Source: Bacteroidales bacterium (GTDB taxonomy: Bacteria > Bacteroidota > Bacteroidia > Bacteroidales > VadinHA17). From it: a stretch of DNA of 64,000 nt. Location of the stretch: positions 10,755 to 74,754 of the forward strand of contig JANTGF010000004.1 in NCBI GenBank assembly GCA_024763075.1, given 5' to 3'. A model generated the notes under the pieces. It had not been told where the DNA came from and made no database searches. It saw nothing but the letters and a program-made list of their open reading frames with translations. How positions within the stretch are numbered: position 1 is the first letter of the stretch; each line of letters begins with the position of its first letter. The translations under genes and the position numbers were made by a program. Positions 1 through 9,461 of the stretch are shown in pieces.

Positions 1-797
1 CGGTAGCAAATGCCGGAGCAGACAAGGAAGTTTGTGGTAATGTATCGAATATGGATGCAATTCTTAATTTTGGAAAAGGCTTTTGGAGCGGACCTGCAGG
101 AATCATTTTTGCAGATCCTTCTAATCCCAATTCTGAGATAACTTCCTCTGCAGAGGGAGAATATCAGTTAACATGGACCACCTCAAACGGGACCTGCCTC
201 TCTGTAACAGATGACGTACTGCTGAAATTCTGGGATAAGCCTACAAAAGCTGTTATGTTCCCGGGGAATGATACCACGCTGACGGCCTTTGCAACTGAAA
301 TTGACCTGAAAGCAGTATTTTCCGGTGACTTAATTGGTGAAATCTCATGGTACTCTTCCACTCCGCAAGTGATCTTTTCACCTCCTGACGGGGTATCTAC
401 AACAGCTTCGCAGTTGAACTGGGGCAAAAATGAAATTAAATTGAAAATTAATAATGGTTCATGTCCCACTGAAGAAGATAAAATTGTGGTTACAGTGCTG
501 GAAGGACTTGCTATTCCTAAGGGGATATCTCCCAGATCCAGCTATGGCCAGAATGATTATTTCGCCATTAAAAATATTGGAAATGTTGATAATGAGCTGA
601 GCATTTTTACAAGGAGCGGATTATTGGTTTTTCAAACGGAGAACTTCCAAAGAGATGGTAATTTCCCCAATGGTTGGGATGGTACCGATAAAAAAGGGAA
701 CCCTCTTCCGGATGATACATATTATTATGTAATTAAAGTCATGGGTGAGAATCCACGAACATATACGGGATTTGTCGTAATTAAAGGAAACAGATAA
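1..797 (+). CDS. T9SS type-B cargo protein (gliding-motility-associated/CHU C-terminal domain), 5'-truncated by the window
   Basis: Frame is open from position 3 (VANAGADKEVCG..., an Ig-like repeat start). C-terminus IPKGISP..GQNDYF..LSIFTRSG..WDG..LPDDTYYY..GFVVIK matches a type-B CTD. Immediately followed by a PorP/SprF gene. Confidence 0.88.
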   Translation, partial: VANAGADKEVCGNVSNMDAILNFGKGFWSGPAGIIFADPSNPNSEITSSAEGEYQLTWTTSNGTCLSVTDDVLLKFWDKPTKAVMFPGNDTTLTAFATEIDLKAVFSGDLIGEISWYSSTPQVIFSPPDGVSTTASQLNWGKNEIKLKINNGSCPTEEDKIVVTVLEGLAIPKGISPRSSYGQNDYFAIKNIGNVDNELSIFTRSGLLVFQTENFQRDGNFPNGWDGTDKKGNPLPDDTYYYVIKVMGENPRTYTGFVVIKGNR

Positions 798-798
798 A

Positions 799-1755
799 GT
801 GAGAAAAACAGGGATCATAGGACTAATTTTATTGGCATTGTCGGTTTTTTCCGGCTTCGGCCAGCAAAAAGATGTCTTTTTCAGTCAGTACTGGGTGAAT
901 GGCCTTGCACTGAATCCTGCCTATACGGGAAGTCGTGAGGTTTTTACGCTTTCTACACTTTATCAGAAAAAATGGACAGGGATTGATGGAAGTCCGGTAA
1001 ATTATACTTTTAGTGCACATACCCCCATGAAGAATGAAAAAGTGGCACTGGGTTTATTTGTCATGAATCAGAGTTATGGTGTGCATAGAAATACTCAGGT
1101 CCATTTTAATTATGCATACAGGTTTAATCTGGGTAATGGTAAATTTTCACTGGGATTGAGAGGAGGTGCCTCTTTTATTAATGAGGATATGGCCAGGTTA
1201 ATGAGTGGGCTGGATGATCCAACTGACCCTGTGTTTGCTGCTATAGACCAGAATTATGTTCAACCCGATTTTGGCTTTGGGGCCTATTTTTACAATCCTA
1301 AATACTTTGTAGGGTTTTCCATACCCAATATGTTAAATTACCAGTTGGATACAGCCTCCTTTAAGTATTCACCTTCTGCCTCACCTGATACCTACTCCTA
1401 TACTTTGACAGCGGGTATATTGATAGGGAAACAGAATGCATTCCTGAAATGGAAGCCTTCCTTCCTGGTCGTTTATAATCAGGCTTATTCGTCTTTAAGG
1501 TATGATATAAACAGTAATTTCATTTTATTTAATGACTTCCTTTGGGTAGGGGTTTCATATCGGTCGGGAGGTTATTATCCAAGTCCTGTTTTGATTGGGA
1601 ATATTGAGCTGCACCTTACGAAACAATTTATGCTGGGTTATTCGTATGATTATAATATGGGTACTATAAATAATGCCTTGAATGGTACACATGAAATTAT
1701 GCTGAGATATGAATTCGGGTTTACGGTAAATGCATCTGATCCAAGATATTTTTAA
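799..1755 (+). CDS. PorP/SprF family T9SS membrane beta-barrel protein
   Basis: Signal peptide; SQY..N.L.LNPAYTG; Y.K.W.GI.G.P; C-terminal GYSYDY...GTHEIMLRY; GTG start. Confidence 0.92.
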   Translation: MRKTGIIGLILLALSVFSGFGQQKDVFFSQYWVNGLALNPAYTGSREVFTLSTLYQKKWTGIDGSPVNYTFSAHTPMKNEKVALGLFVMNQSYGVHRNTQVHFNYAYRFNLGNGKFSLGLRGGASFINEDMARLMSGLDDPTDPVFAAIDQNYVQPDFGFGAYFYNPKYFVGFSIPNMLNYQLDTASFKYSPSASPDTYSYTLTAGILIGKQNAFLKWKPSFLVVYNQAYSSLRYDINSNFILFNDFLWVGVSYRSGGYYPSPVLIGNIELHLTKQFMLGYSYDYNMGTINNALNGTHEIMLRYEFGFTVNASDPRYF

Positions 1756-1761
1756 GGTTTA

Positions 1762-3213
1762 ATGAATGTAAATAAAAAACATATTGTTGTTGTACTGGTC
1801 TTGGTTCTGGCTTTTATAAAACCGGTAAAAGCACAGGATAGCAGTTTGTACAAAGTACAAAGACTCCCTTTCAATACCCGTTCATATTCAGAATATGCAC
1901 CGATGATTCTGGATGATGGTCTGGTGTTTTGTTCAAATATGAAACTATTTAAAAATTTCCCGAAAGATTATAAAACAAAAAATGGGTACCGGCCTTATAA
2001 CTTATTAAAAGTTATTCAAAAAGACAGCCTGAAATGGACTTCTCCAAAGGTTTTTTCCAAAGATATTTTCTCTAAAGTGAATGAAGGGCCTTCTTCTTTT
2101 TGCGATTTTACAAAGACATTATTTTTTACACGAAACCTTTTAACAAAAAATACCTTTGCTGTGGAAAATAATACACTGGGAATTTTTTATACCATGTGGA
2201 GTCCCAGTATTCTGATAAGTATCAGTGATTTCCCTTTTAATAAACCGGATTATAACATTGTTGATCCCAGTATCAGTGAAGATGGTACCATTCTATATTT
2301 TGCCTCAGATATGCCCGGAGGCTTCGGAAGTTTTGATATTTACAGAAGTTATCTGAAAAGAGGTGTATGGACAACTCCGGAAAATCTTGGGCCCTCCGTA
2401 AATTCTGCCGGAATGGAGAGATATCCTTTTATATATCAGGATAACCGTTTGTACTTTTCATCGGATACACATACTTCAATGGGTGGGTTGGACGTTTTCC
2501 TGACTATTGAAAAAGACAGTACCTGGACAAAACCGGAACCACTTGATGTTCCGATAAACAGTACTGCTGACGATTTTGCATTTGTAGCTGATTCTGGCCT
2601 GGCTACCGGATATTTCTCTACAAACCGTCTGGGAAGCGATGATATCTTTTCTTTTACTAACCTGATGCCTTCCCTGGTTGGATGCAGCGAACAAAGAGAA
2701 AATAAATATTGTTTCCGGTTTAAGGACAGAAAAGTAGCTGATGATGTTGATTCAATTCCTAATTTGATTTATAAATGGGATTTTGACGATGGAACCAGTG
2801 ACAATGGAATCAGGGTTAGGCATTGCTTCAGCGATTCTGGCGTTTATAAAGTAAAACTTACCATCACTGACACACTTGGGCCGGATGTCTTTTATTCAGA
2901 GGAAATTCTTACTGTTGTTGCGAAACCCTGGGAACAGGTTTATATTAATACACCAAATATCGATACTGTTGGATTTGCTGGCGAACCCGTACAGTTTGAT
3001 GGATCATCCTCCTATTTGCCTGAAATAGCACCTTCAGAATTCCATTGGTTTGTGAATGAAAATATGGTCTCGGATAAGGTAAACATGGCTTATGTATTTG
3101 ATCAGCCCGGTGAGTATGAAATTAAGTTGGTTATTAAAGGGATGGATTCAAAGAAGGAGGAAAAGAAGGAATATTGCAGTTTGGTTAAGCTGGTAATTGT
3201 TGAACGAAAGTAG
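1762..3213 (+). CDS. Secreted PD40 (WD40-like) propeller plus PKD-domain protein; PorE-like but without an OmpA domain
   Basis: LYFASDMPGGFGSFDIY, NLGPSVNS, LYFSSD..MGGLDVF, PINSTADDF; PKD motifs YKWDFDDG, GVYKVKLT, VQFDGSSS, PGEYEIKL. Confidence 0.8.
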   Translation: MNVNKKHIVVVLVLVLAFIKPVKAQDSSLYKVQRLPFNTRSYSEYAPMILDDGLVFCSNMKLFKNFPKDYKTKNGYRPYNLLKVIQKDSLKWTSPKVFSKDIFSKVNEGPSSFCDFTKTLFFTRNLLTKNTFAVENNTLGIFYTMWSPSILISISDFPFNKPDYNIVDPSISEDGTILYFASDMPGGFGSFDIYRSYLKRGVWTTPENLGPSVNSAGMERYPFIYQDNRLYFSSDTHTSMGGLDVFLTIEKDSTWTKPEPLDVPINSTADDFAFVADSGLATGYFSTNRLGSDDIFSFTNLMPSLVGCSEQRENKYCFRFKDRKVADDVDSIPNLIYKWDFDDGTSDNGIRVRHCFSDSGVYKVKLTITDTLGPDVFYSEEILTVVAKPWEQVYINTPNIDTVGFAGEPVQFDGSSSYLPEIAPSEFHWFVNENMVSDKVNMAYVFDQPGEYEIKLVIKGMDSKKEEKKEYCSLVKLVIVERK

Positions 3214-3224
3214 AATAAATAGAA

Positions 3225-4202
3225 ATGAAAATTTATAAATTCCTGATTCTAGCTCTCTTTGCAAGTCTTTCTACAGAAATGCTGCTGGCACAGCCAGTTC
3301 CTGCTAAAGTTGAGAATATCCCGAATCTGGTGACTTTTGGGAATGAGGCAGAAACTTACTGGGGAGACGATGATTTTAGCCAGGTTTTCTTTTTCATCAT
3401 ACCTGCAGAGTATTCCGATCCGGTGTACATAAGGGTTTTTGATCCTGACTGTGGCGGAAAAGTGGATGAGATAAATATGGGATTTAATACGCGTACGGAG
3501 TTTTCTGTTTATGGTGGAGCCTCATGCTGGTCGGATAGGGATGCCCAGGGAACACAACCTATAGGGAATTATAAGAGCGGAAATCTCCTGGCCTCAAAAA
3601 TTTTTGGAATCGACCCAAAATGGGATAATAAATGGTACACATTCGGACCTTTCGATCCGCATGATGGTGAATTTTCAGAGGAATTTAATGGATATTATTT
3701 TAAGATGATTACTGAAGGAATTTCCGGAAATGACGGAAACCTGTATCGGTATTACCTAAGTACAGAAGAAGACAGAAATGTAAGTGTGGAAGGTGGAAAT
3801 GCCTTCACTTATGAATATACTTTCAGGCTTTGGAATGATACGGTTAATATCTCCCACATTTACCCTTATGTTGAGGAGGGAACGGTCAGGGTTAAACAGA
3901 GGAATTTTGACTGGGACAGCGATGGTAGAATTGATATATACTCTGTAACCCGGAACAATTCATCTGCTGCAGTTTCGGGTGAGGACTTCTGGTCTGAATC
4001 AGAAATTGTTATTATGGAGGGTGAAATTGGAAAATCCCTTGATTTTCAGTTTGTAAAAAGGAAAAATCCTATGGTAGTCAACAATAACGTTGTGATTACC
4101 ACGATGAACCAATATGAAGAAAACTTAAGATTTTTCACCAAACCTATCGGAGGAGTGCCAAAATATAAATCCGAAGCAATAGTGGAGCCCGACGATAATT
4201 AA
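3225..4202 (+). CDS. Secreted protein of unknown function (TFG..WGDDD / RVFDPD.GG motifs)
   Basis: 325-aa ORF with signal peptide, acidic and beta-rich, operon-like spacing. Confidence 0.8.
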   Translation: MKIYKFLILALFASLSTEMLLAQPVPAKVENIPNLVTFGNEAETYWGDDDFSQVFFFIIPAEYSDPVYIRVFDPDCGGKVDEINMGFNTRTEFSVYGGASCWSDRDAQGTQPIGNYKSGNLLASKIFGIDPKWDNKWYTFGPFDPHDGEFSEEFNGYYFKMITEGISGNDGNLYRYYLSTEEDRNVSVEGGNAFTYEYTFRLWNDTVNISHIYPYVEEGTVRVKQRNFDWDSDGRIDIYSVTRNNSSAAVSGEDFWSESEIVIMEGEIGKSLDFQFVKRKNPMVVNNNVVITTMNQYEENLRFFTKPIGGVPKYKSEAIVEPDDN

Positions 4203-4222
4203 TAACAATAATCAATTATTTC

Positions 4223-7200
4223 ATGTATATTCGTAACTACATGTTCAGAAGTTACCTGTTAATTTTTTTGGTAGTTGGTGTAATTCAGGGTGCATCTTCA
4301 CAGGACTCTTTTTTCAGAAACTTTTCTACTGATACGGACCCGGCTTTAACAAATCGTTTTATCAACACAATTATTGAAGATAATAACGGTTTTTTGTGGG
4401 TAGGAACAGGTTCCGGATTAAACCGCTTTGACGGACTGAATTTCAGATCGGATTTTTTACCGGATTCGTTAAGTGAGATTAACATCAATTGCAGTTTTAA
4501 GGATTCTGATAATAAACTGTGGTTTGGGAGTAAAAATGGTCTGGTGCTGGTCTTTGATGGTACCGGATTTTCAATTTTATCACTCAGGGATTTTACTTCA
4601 AATGCAGTTACAGGATTTGTGGAGACTGAAGATCAGTTTGTTGTTATTTCAACACAAAATAAGGGATTGGTCATTACAAATATGGCAAACCCGGGAGAGC
4701 TGAGCCACATACTGCTTGATCAAAAACTTATTACATCCATTGGGAAAGCTCCTGACGGAAAACTTTTAGTTGGTTCAAATGATGGCTTATATATTTATTC
4801 CATGCCGGTTGGAAAACAGGCTCCTCAATTCATACGCAAAAGTGCTGAGATTCAGGAAACAACCATTCAGCTGATAAATTCAGGAAATACACCGGGGATT
4901 GTTTTTATTGGAACTGCTGATAGGGGGGCGTATATCCTTCATACCGGAAAAAATGGCAGGGGTTTCGAAGTATTTCCACTTGCATCTGATGAAGAATTAG
5001 CACAGATTAATGTAAAATCATTGATTGAAGACAATGACCATAATATTTGGATTGCTACCTCCCGGCAGGGGCTGTTGAAAATTAAAACGCCGTGGAATAA
5101 TCCTGAGAAATTAAATGTTAAGTGGTATGATAAGCAAAACGGCCTGGAAAGTAATAATACACGTGCCCTGATTCAGGATTTTGAGGGAAATATCTGGGTG
5201 GGGACCTATGGAAAAGGATTGTGTATGTTCCTTGACGAAGCCCTTTCATTTAAGAAGTTTGATAAAGACATCCCCGGAGAAAGCATAACTGCAGTGGCGG
5301 AAGATGAAGCTTATTTTTATTTTGCAGGGGATAACGGAATACAGAAGGTTGATAAAAAAACAAACCTTGAAGTCAGTAATTATTCTGTAAAGAATGGTTT
5401 GCCGGAAGATGTTATTACCTCATTGTATATGGACAGTACCCTGGGAGTTTTGTTCATTGGTACTTCCTCTGAAGGAGTTTACAGTATTTTAGTCCGAACC
5501 GGGAAGGTAAAACGATTTTTTGTTTCCAGAGATAAAAATGAGCGGTCAGTAAATTACATAACGGGAAAAGGTCATTCTTTGTGTGTTGCAACCGGGAACG
5601 GACTTTTCCTTTTCGATCTTAATACGGGAAAAAAAGATCACCTGTCGGTTTCTTCCGGACAACTTCCACATAATGATGTACATCAGGTTTTCATAGAAAG
5701 CAATAATAAAATCTGGCTTTCTACTTCAAGCGATGACCTGTATTACCTGGAAGGAAGTGAACATATATTGAAAAAGTCAGGATTATTCAGAAAAAACGTG
5801 AGGTTTGATATAAATGCCATAAAGATTGGGGAAAATGGAGATGTCTGGGCCGTTACAAATGGTTTAGGTCTGATTCACATGTCGAAGGATTCGACAAACT
5901 TCATTACAACCCGTACCGGCCTGATGTCGGATTATTGTTACAGCCTGGTAATCGGTGGTCATAACGATGTTTGGGTGGGACACAGAAAAGGTTTTAGCAG
6001 GATAACCCGGAAAGAAAATGGTTACATGATACAGACTTACGGTAAAAATCAGGGCCTGACGGGTGATGCCAACGCAAATGCTTCCATTCGTATCCATGAC
6101 GGAAGATTATTTTTTGGAACTACAAAAGGTCTGGTGATTTATAACGGGGAGAATGAAAATAAAAGTCTGAATCCACCAAAGGTGAATATTTTGTCACTTC
6201 AGTTTACAAGCGATAGAAATAATCTTAAACTGGAGATGTTACCTGAGGATAGACGAGTCTCATTGCCCTATGCCAGTTATAAGCTCCGTATTGACTATGT
6301 GGGGATAAGTTACAGGAATCCCGGGAAAGTTCAGTATCAGTATAAGCTTGAAAATTACGATTCAGACTGGTCTGGTCTTACTTCGGCAACTTCGGTTGAA
6401 TTTCCAAGGCTTGATGATGGTGAATACACATTTTATTTAAAGGCCTTTAATTCAGAATACCAGACAACAGATCAACCGGCTAGTTTTGTGATTGTGGTGG
6501 TTAAAAAACCTTTTTGGAAAAGATGGTGGTTCTTTACAATTTTAGCAGTTGGATTCCTGGTTCTTGTGGTCGGGATCATTCGTATACGGGAGAGAAATCA
6601 CAGATTAAAAGAGGAACGACTTGAAAAGGAACTGGATATAAGGACAAAAGAAGTAATCGAAAAGAAAGAAGAGCTGGAAGTTAAAAACCGTGAAATAACG
6701 GATAGTATTAATTACGCACAAAGAATTCAGGCAAGTATTTTGCCACCAACTTCAATACTCAAAGAGGGGTTTAAGGGTTCATTTACCTATTTTAAACCCA
6801 GAGATATTGTAAGTGGTGATTTTTACTGGTGGCATCAGACCGGAGCAGACAAGTATATTGTTATTTGTGCGGACTCTACCGGGCACGGGGTACCGGGTGC
6901 TTTCATGTCAATGATCGGTTCTACCCTCATTAAGGATATCGTGAATAGAAATCCGGGAATTAAACCCTCCGAATTACTGACCCTCCTGGATCAGGATGTT
7001 GTCGAATCTCTCAATCAAAGAATTGGAGAGGGTAAAGATGCCATTGATAATGAACATTTCTCCACAAGCGATGGAATGGATATAATTGTGTGTGAGGTGA
7101 ATATAAAAACAAGGGTTCTCAGGTTCGCCTCCGCTATGCGCCCTATTGTAATGTATCATCAAGGAGAACAGTTATATATACGTGGAAACAGAAGCGCAAT

Positions 7201-7474
7201 AGGAGGGGATGTTTTCCGGGATAAAATCTTCGATGATCAGGAGTTTCAGTTGGAAGAGGGAGATATTATCTATATGTTCAGCGATGGTTACCCCGATCAG
7301 TTTGGTGGCCCCATGGGTAAAAAGTTTAAAATGGCAAGGTTACGGGAGTTGCTGAATGAAATTCATAAACTTCCCATGGATGAACAATATAACATCATTA
7401 AGAAAAGTTTTGAGGACTGGCAGGGGGACCTGGACCAGGTAGACGATGTTTTGTTTATGGGAATCCAGATATAA
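4223..7474 (+). CDS. Membrane sensor phosphatase: Reg_prop beta-propellers, Y_Y_Y, TM, coiled coil, SpoIIE/PP2C
   Basis: Repeated LW.GT..GL propeller motifs; YQYKLENYD..W; KPFWKRWWF plus TM; SINYAQRIQ, PRDIVSGDFYW, ADSTGHGVPGAFMS, DGMD, SDGYPDQFGG, QVDDV. Confidence 0.93.
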   Translation: MYIRNYMFRSYLLIFLVVGVIQGASSQDSFFRNFSTDTDPALTNRFINTIIEDNNGFLWVGTGSGLNRFDGLNFRSDFLPDSLSEININCSFKDSDNKLWFGSKNGLVLVFDGTGFSILSLRDFTSNAVTGFVETEDQFVVISTQNKGLVITNMANPGELSHILLDQKLITSIGKAPDGKLLVGSNDGLYIYSMPVGKQAPQFIRKSAEIQETTIQLINSGNTPGIVFIGTADRGAYILHTGKNGRGFEVFPLASDEELAQINVKSLIEDNDHNIWIATSRQGLLKIKTPWNNPEKLNVKWYDKQNGLESNNTRALIQDFEGNIWVGTYGKGLCMFLDEALSFKKFDKDIPGESITAVAEDEAYFYFAGDNGIQKVDKKTNLEVSNYSVKNGLPEDVITSLYMDSTLGVLFIGTSSEGVYSILVRTGKVKRFFVSRDKNERSVNYITGKGHSLCVATGNGLFLFDLNTGKKDHLSVSSGQLPHNDVHQVFIESNNKIWLSTSSDDLYYLEGSEHILKKSGLFRKNVRFDINAIKIGENGDVWAVTNGLGLIHMSKDSTNFITTRTGLMSDYCYSLVIGGHNDVWVGHRKGFSRITRKENGYMIQTYGKNQGLTGDANANASIRIHDGRLFFGTTKGLVIYNGENENKSLNPPKVNILSLQFTSDRNNLKLEMLPEDRRVSLPYASYKLRIDYVGISYRNPGKVQYQYKLENYDSDWSGLTSATSVEFPRLDDGEYTFYLKAFNSEYQTTDQPASFVIVVVKKPFWKRWWFFTILAVGFLVLVVGIIRIRERNHRLKEERLEKELDIRTKEVIEKKEELEVKNREITDSINYAQRIQASILPPTSILKEGFKGSFTYFKPRDIVSGDFYWWHQTGADKYIVICADSTGHGVPGAFMSMIGSTLIKDIVNRNPGIKPSELLTLLDQDVVESLNQRIGEGKDAIDNEHFSTSDGMDIIVCEVNIKTRVLRFASAMRPIVMYHQGEQLYIRGNRSAIGGDVFRDKIFDDQEFQLEEGDIIYMFSDGYPDQFGGPMGKKFKMARLRELLNEIHKLPMDEQYNIIKKSFEDWQGDLDQVDDVLFMGIQI

Positions 7475-7482
7475 GTTGGGTC

Positions 7483-8076
7483 TCATGAACCAATTTCTTC
7501 CATCGTTACAAGCCCGTTTAGTATAGCGTAAACCGTTTGACCGGATACAGTTTTAATCCCTAATTTTTGTGAAATGTTTTTTCTGTGGGTAATAACTGTG
7601 TGTGTGCTGATAAAAAGTTTATTGCCGATTTCTTTGCTTGTAAGGCCAAGTGCAATATGTCTCAAAATACTCTTTTCACGCTTACTCAATCCGGTTGATG
7701 TCACTTCCCTGGGTTTCCCGGATGTATATTTTAATACAATTTGACTAAACTGTTCTGTTAAATTGTTTTTGTCTTTGTAAAGGCTTATTATCTCATCACA
7801 AAAAGCTGGAGTATTTATGTGTTCATCGGTTTTAAGAAAAATAATTATGGGTTTTGTTTTTCCGTGTAGTTTCTGTATTTCCTTTAAATTTTTCTGATTC
7901 ACTATTTCACCGGACAATATAACAAAGTCCGGTTTGTTTTTAATTATGGAAGCCAATAGCTCCTCTACCTCCGTATTCCAGACAACATCAATATCCTCTG
8001 ATTCCTTCAGAACAAAGTTGAGTCCTTTAAGAATAATATAGGAAGTAGAAGCAATCAATACCTTTATTTTTCCCAT
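7483..8076 (-). CDS. LuxR-family transcriptional regulator with degenerate receiver domain
   Basis: C-terminal LSKREKSIL..IA.G.TSKEIG.KLFIS.HTV.THRKNI..KLGIK HTH. Confidence 0.9.
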   Translation of the reverse strand: MGKIKVLIASTSYIILKGLNFVLKESEDIDVVWNTEVEELLASIIKNKPDFVILSGEIVNQKNLKEIQKLHGKTKPIIIFLKTDEHINTPAFCDEIISLYKDKNNLTEQFSQIVLKYTSGKPREVTSTGLSKREKSILRHIALGLTSKEIGNKLFISTHTVITHRKNISQKLGIKTVSGQTVYAILNGLVTMEEIGS

Positions 8077-8091
8077 AACTTCGAAGTCAGA

Positions 8092-8823
8092 TTAGATAGC
8101 ATTTGTTGTATGGATTGCCTTTTCCATTAGAATAACCTTGGGTATCAGTACATTATCTTCTATTCTGCTATGATCATTCATATCCTGTTCCAGAATAAAT
8201 AAGGCAGACAAAACTTTGGAACAAAGTGCCTGGTTTTCCGGGGATGGAAGGTATTTTATTATTATATTTTTCAGGTCAAATAGTTTCTCCTCAATGTTAT
8301 TATGCTCAGAACGATATTCGTCAATATGATATCCTTTTTGGGAAATCTGTTTTTGTTTGCTCTCCTTTTTTGAAAGATAGGCATTTTCCACCTCTGATGC
8401 ATAAGGGAATACCGTTTCATCTTCTCTTGAAATATGACTGATCAGCTCTTCTTTGTATTCTTTGAAAAACGACCGGAGTAAATGAGCATGCTTATGATGG
8501 CCATAACATTTATTTACCATCTGATCTATAAGCTGTTCGATTTCAGGAATTTTTTCTGTCAGATAGTATTGATGGGTTTTACTCAGATAATCAATAATTA
8601 ATTTGATAGAGAATCCCTGCAAATGTTTCCCAGGGAAATACTCTTTATCATGAAAAGAATTAACAATCTCCAGAAAAAACTCAGTATTTACGGAGTTTTC
8701 TTTACAAACCTCAGCAATGGTTTTATCCCCGAATCCCAGCCGGATATCAAACCGGGTTATTACCGATACGAGCAGATAATTCAGATGTATCAGGTCAGCC
8801 ATTTTTTTATCGGCGGTAATCAT
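8092..8823 (-). CDS. Hemerythrin/HHE-domain (RIC/ScdA-like) protein
   Basis: N-terminal RFDI.LGFGDKTI.EVC; H..Y, H..RED..VFP, EH.NIEEKL, H..IED.VL.P iron-ligand motifs. Confidence 0.88.
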   Translation of the reverse strand: MITADKKMADLIHLNYLLVSVITRFDIRLGFGDKTIAEVCKENSVNTEFFLEIVNSFHDKEYFPGKHLQGFSIKLIIDYLSKTHQYYLTEKIPEIEQLIDQMVNKCYGHHKHAHLLRSFFKEYKEELISHISREDETVFPYASEVENAYLSKKESKQKQISQKGYHIDEYRSEHNNIEEKLFDLKNIIIKYLPSPENQALCSKVLSALFILEQDMNDHSRIEDNVLIPKVILMEKAIHTTNAI

Positions 8824-8884
8824 AGGTTTTCGTTTTGTTTGTCAGTTTTATTAAATATTATTCAAGGCAGTCCTTAAGAGAAAA

Positions 8885-9397
8885 CTAATTTTTAATTTCA
8901 GGCAGGATAAAGAAAGGAGTGGACACAACATTACTTTCATGACCGGCCCGGTCTTTGATGTAAAAGTCGTATGATATAGTATCGTATGGAAAGGCAATAT
9001 ATAAAAAATCTACTTTTATAATTCCTTTTAATGATGGATCCTGACTTTCAGGTTCCAGATAAGGGATACGGTAATTGAGGGGTTGTTCAAGTTCCGGTTT
9101 AATGAGCTCACCCTTAACCATGGCCCACAAGGTGAAAAACATGTTGTAATAAGTGGTATCCTCCGGGTCTGTATCGTCCACAGGTTGTTTTAGCCCAATG
9201 TCTCCGTCACCATCTACAAAACTGAAAGAGACCTGGCCAACCAGCCCTTTATTTCCCAAAAGGTCAGTTGTATCCCTTAAATCAAAACTTTTGTATTCAA
9301 TTTCGGGGATGATTGAATATACCTGTGTTTTTCTACAGGAGAAAAACAAAATCAATAACAATGAAATAAAAAATACAATGCCTGCTTTTTGTCGCAT
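8885..9397 (-). CDS. Hypothetical lipoprotein
   Basis: Lipobox LFFSC; SF.DGDGDIG and YIKDRAGHESN motifs. Confidence 0.8.
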   Translation of the reverse strand: MRQKAGIVFFISLLLILFFSCRKTQVYSIIPEIEYKSFDLRDTTDLLGNKGLVGQVSFSFVDGDGDIGLKQPVDDTDPEDTTYYNMFFTLWAMVKGELIKPELEQPLNYRIPYLEPESQDPSLKGIIKVDFLYIAFPYDTISYDFYIKDRAGHESNVVSTPFFILPEIKN

Positions 9398-9461
9398 TTT
9401 ACAAATTTACAATTTATCCTTAAAAACCCAGCAAAAACCATACCCGATGCCTTCCGGAAAA

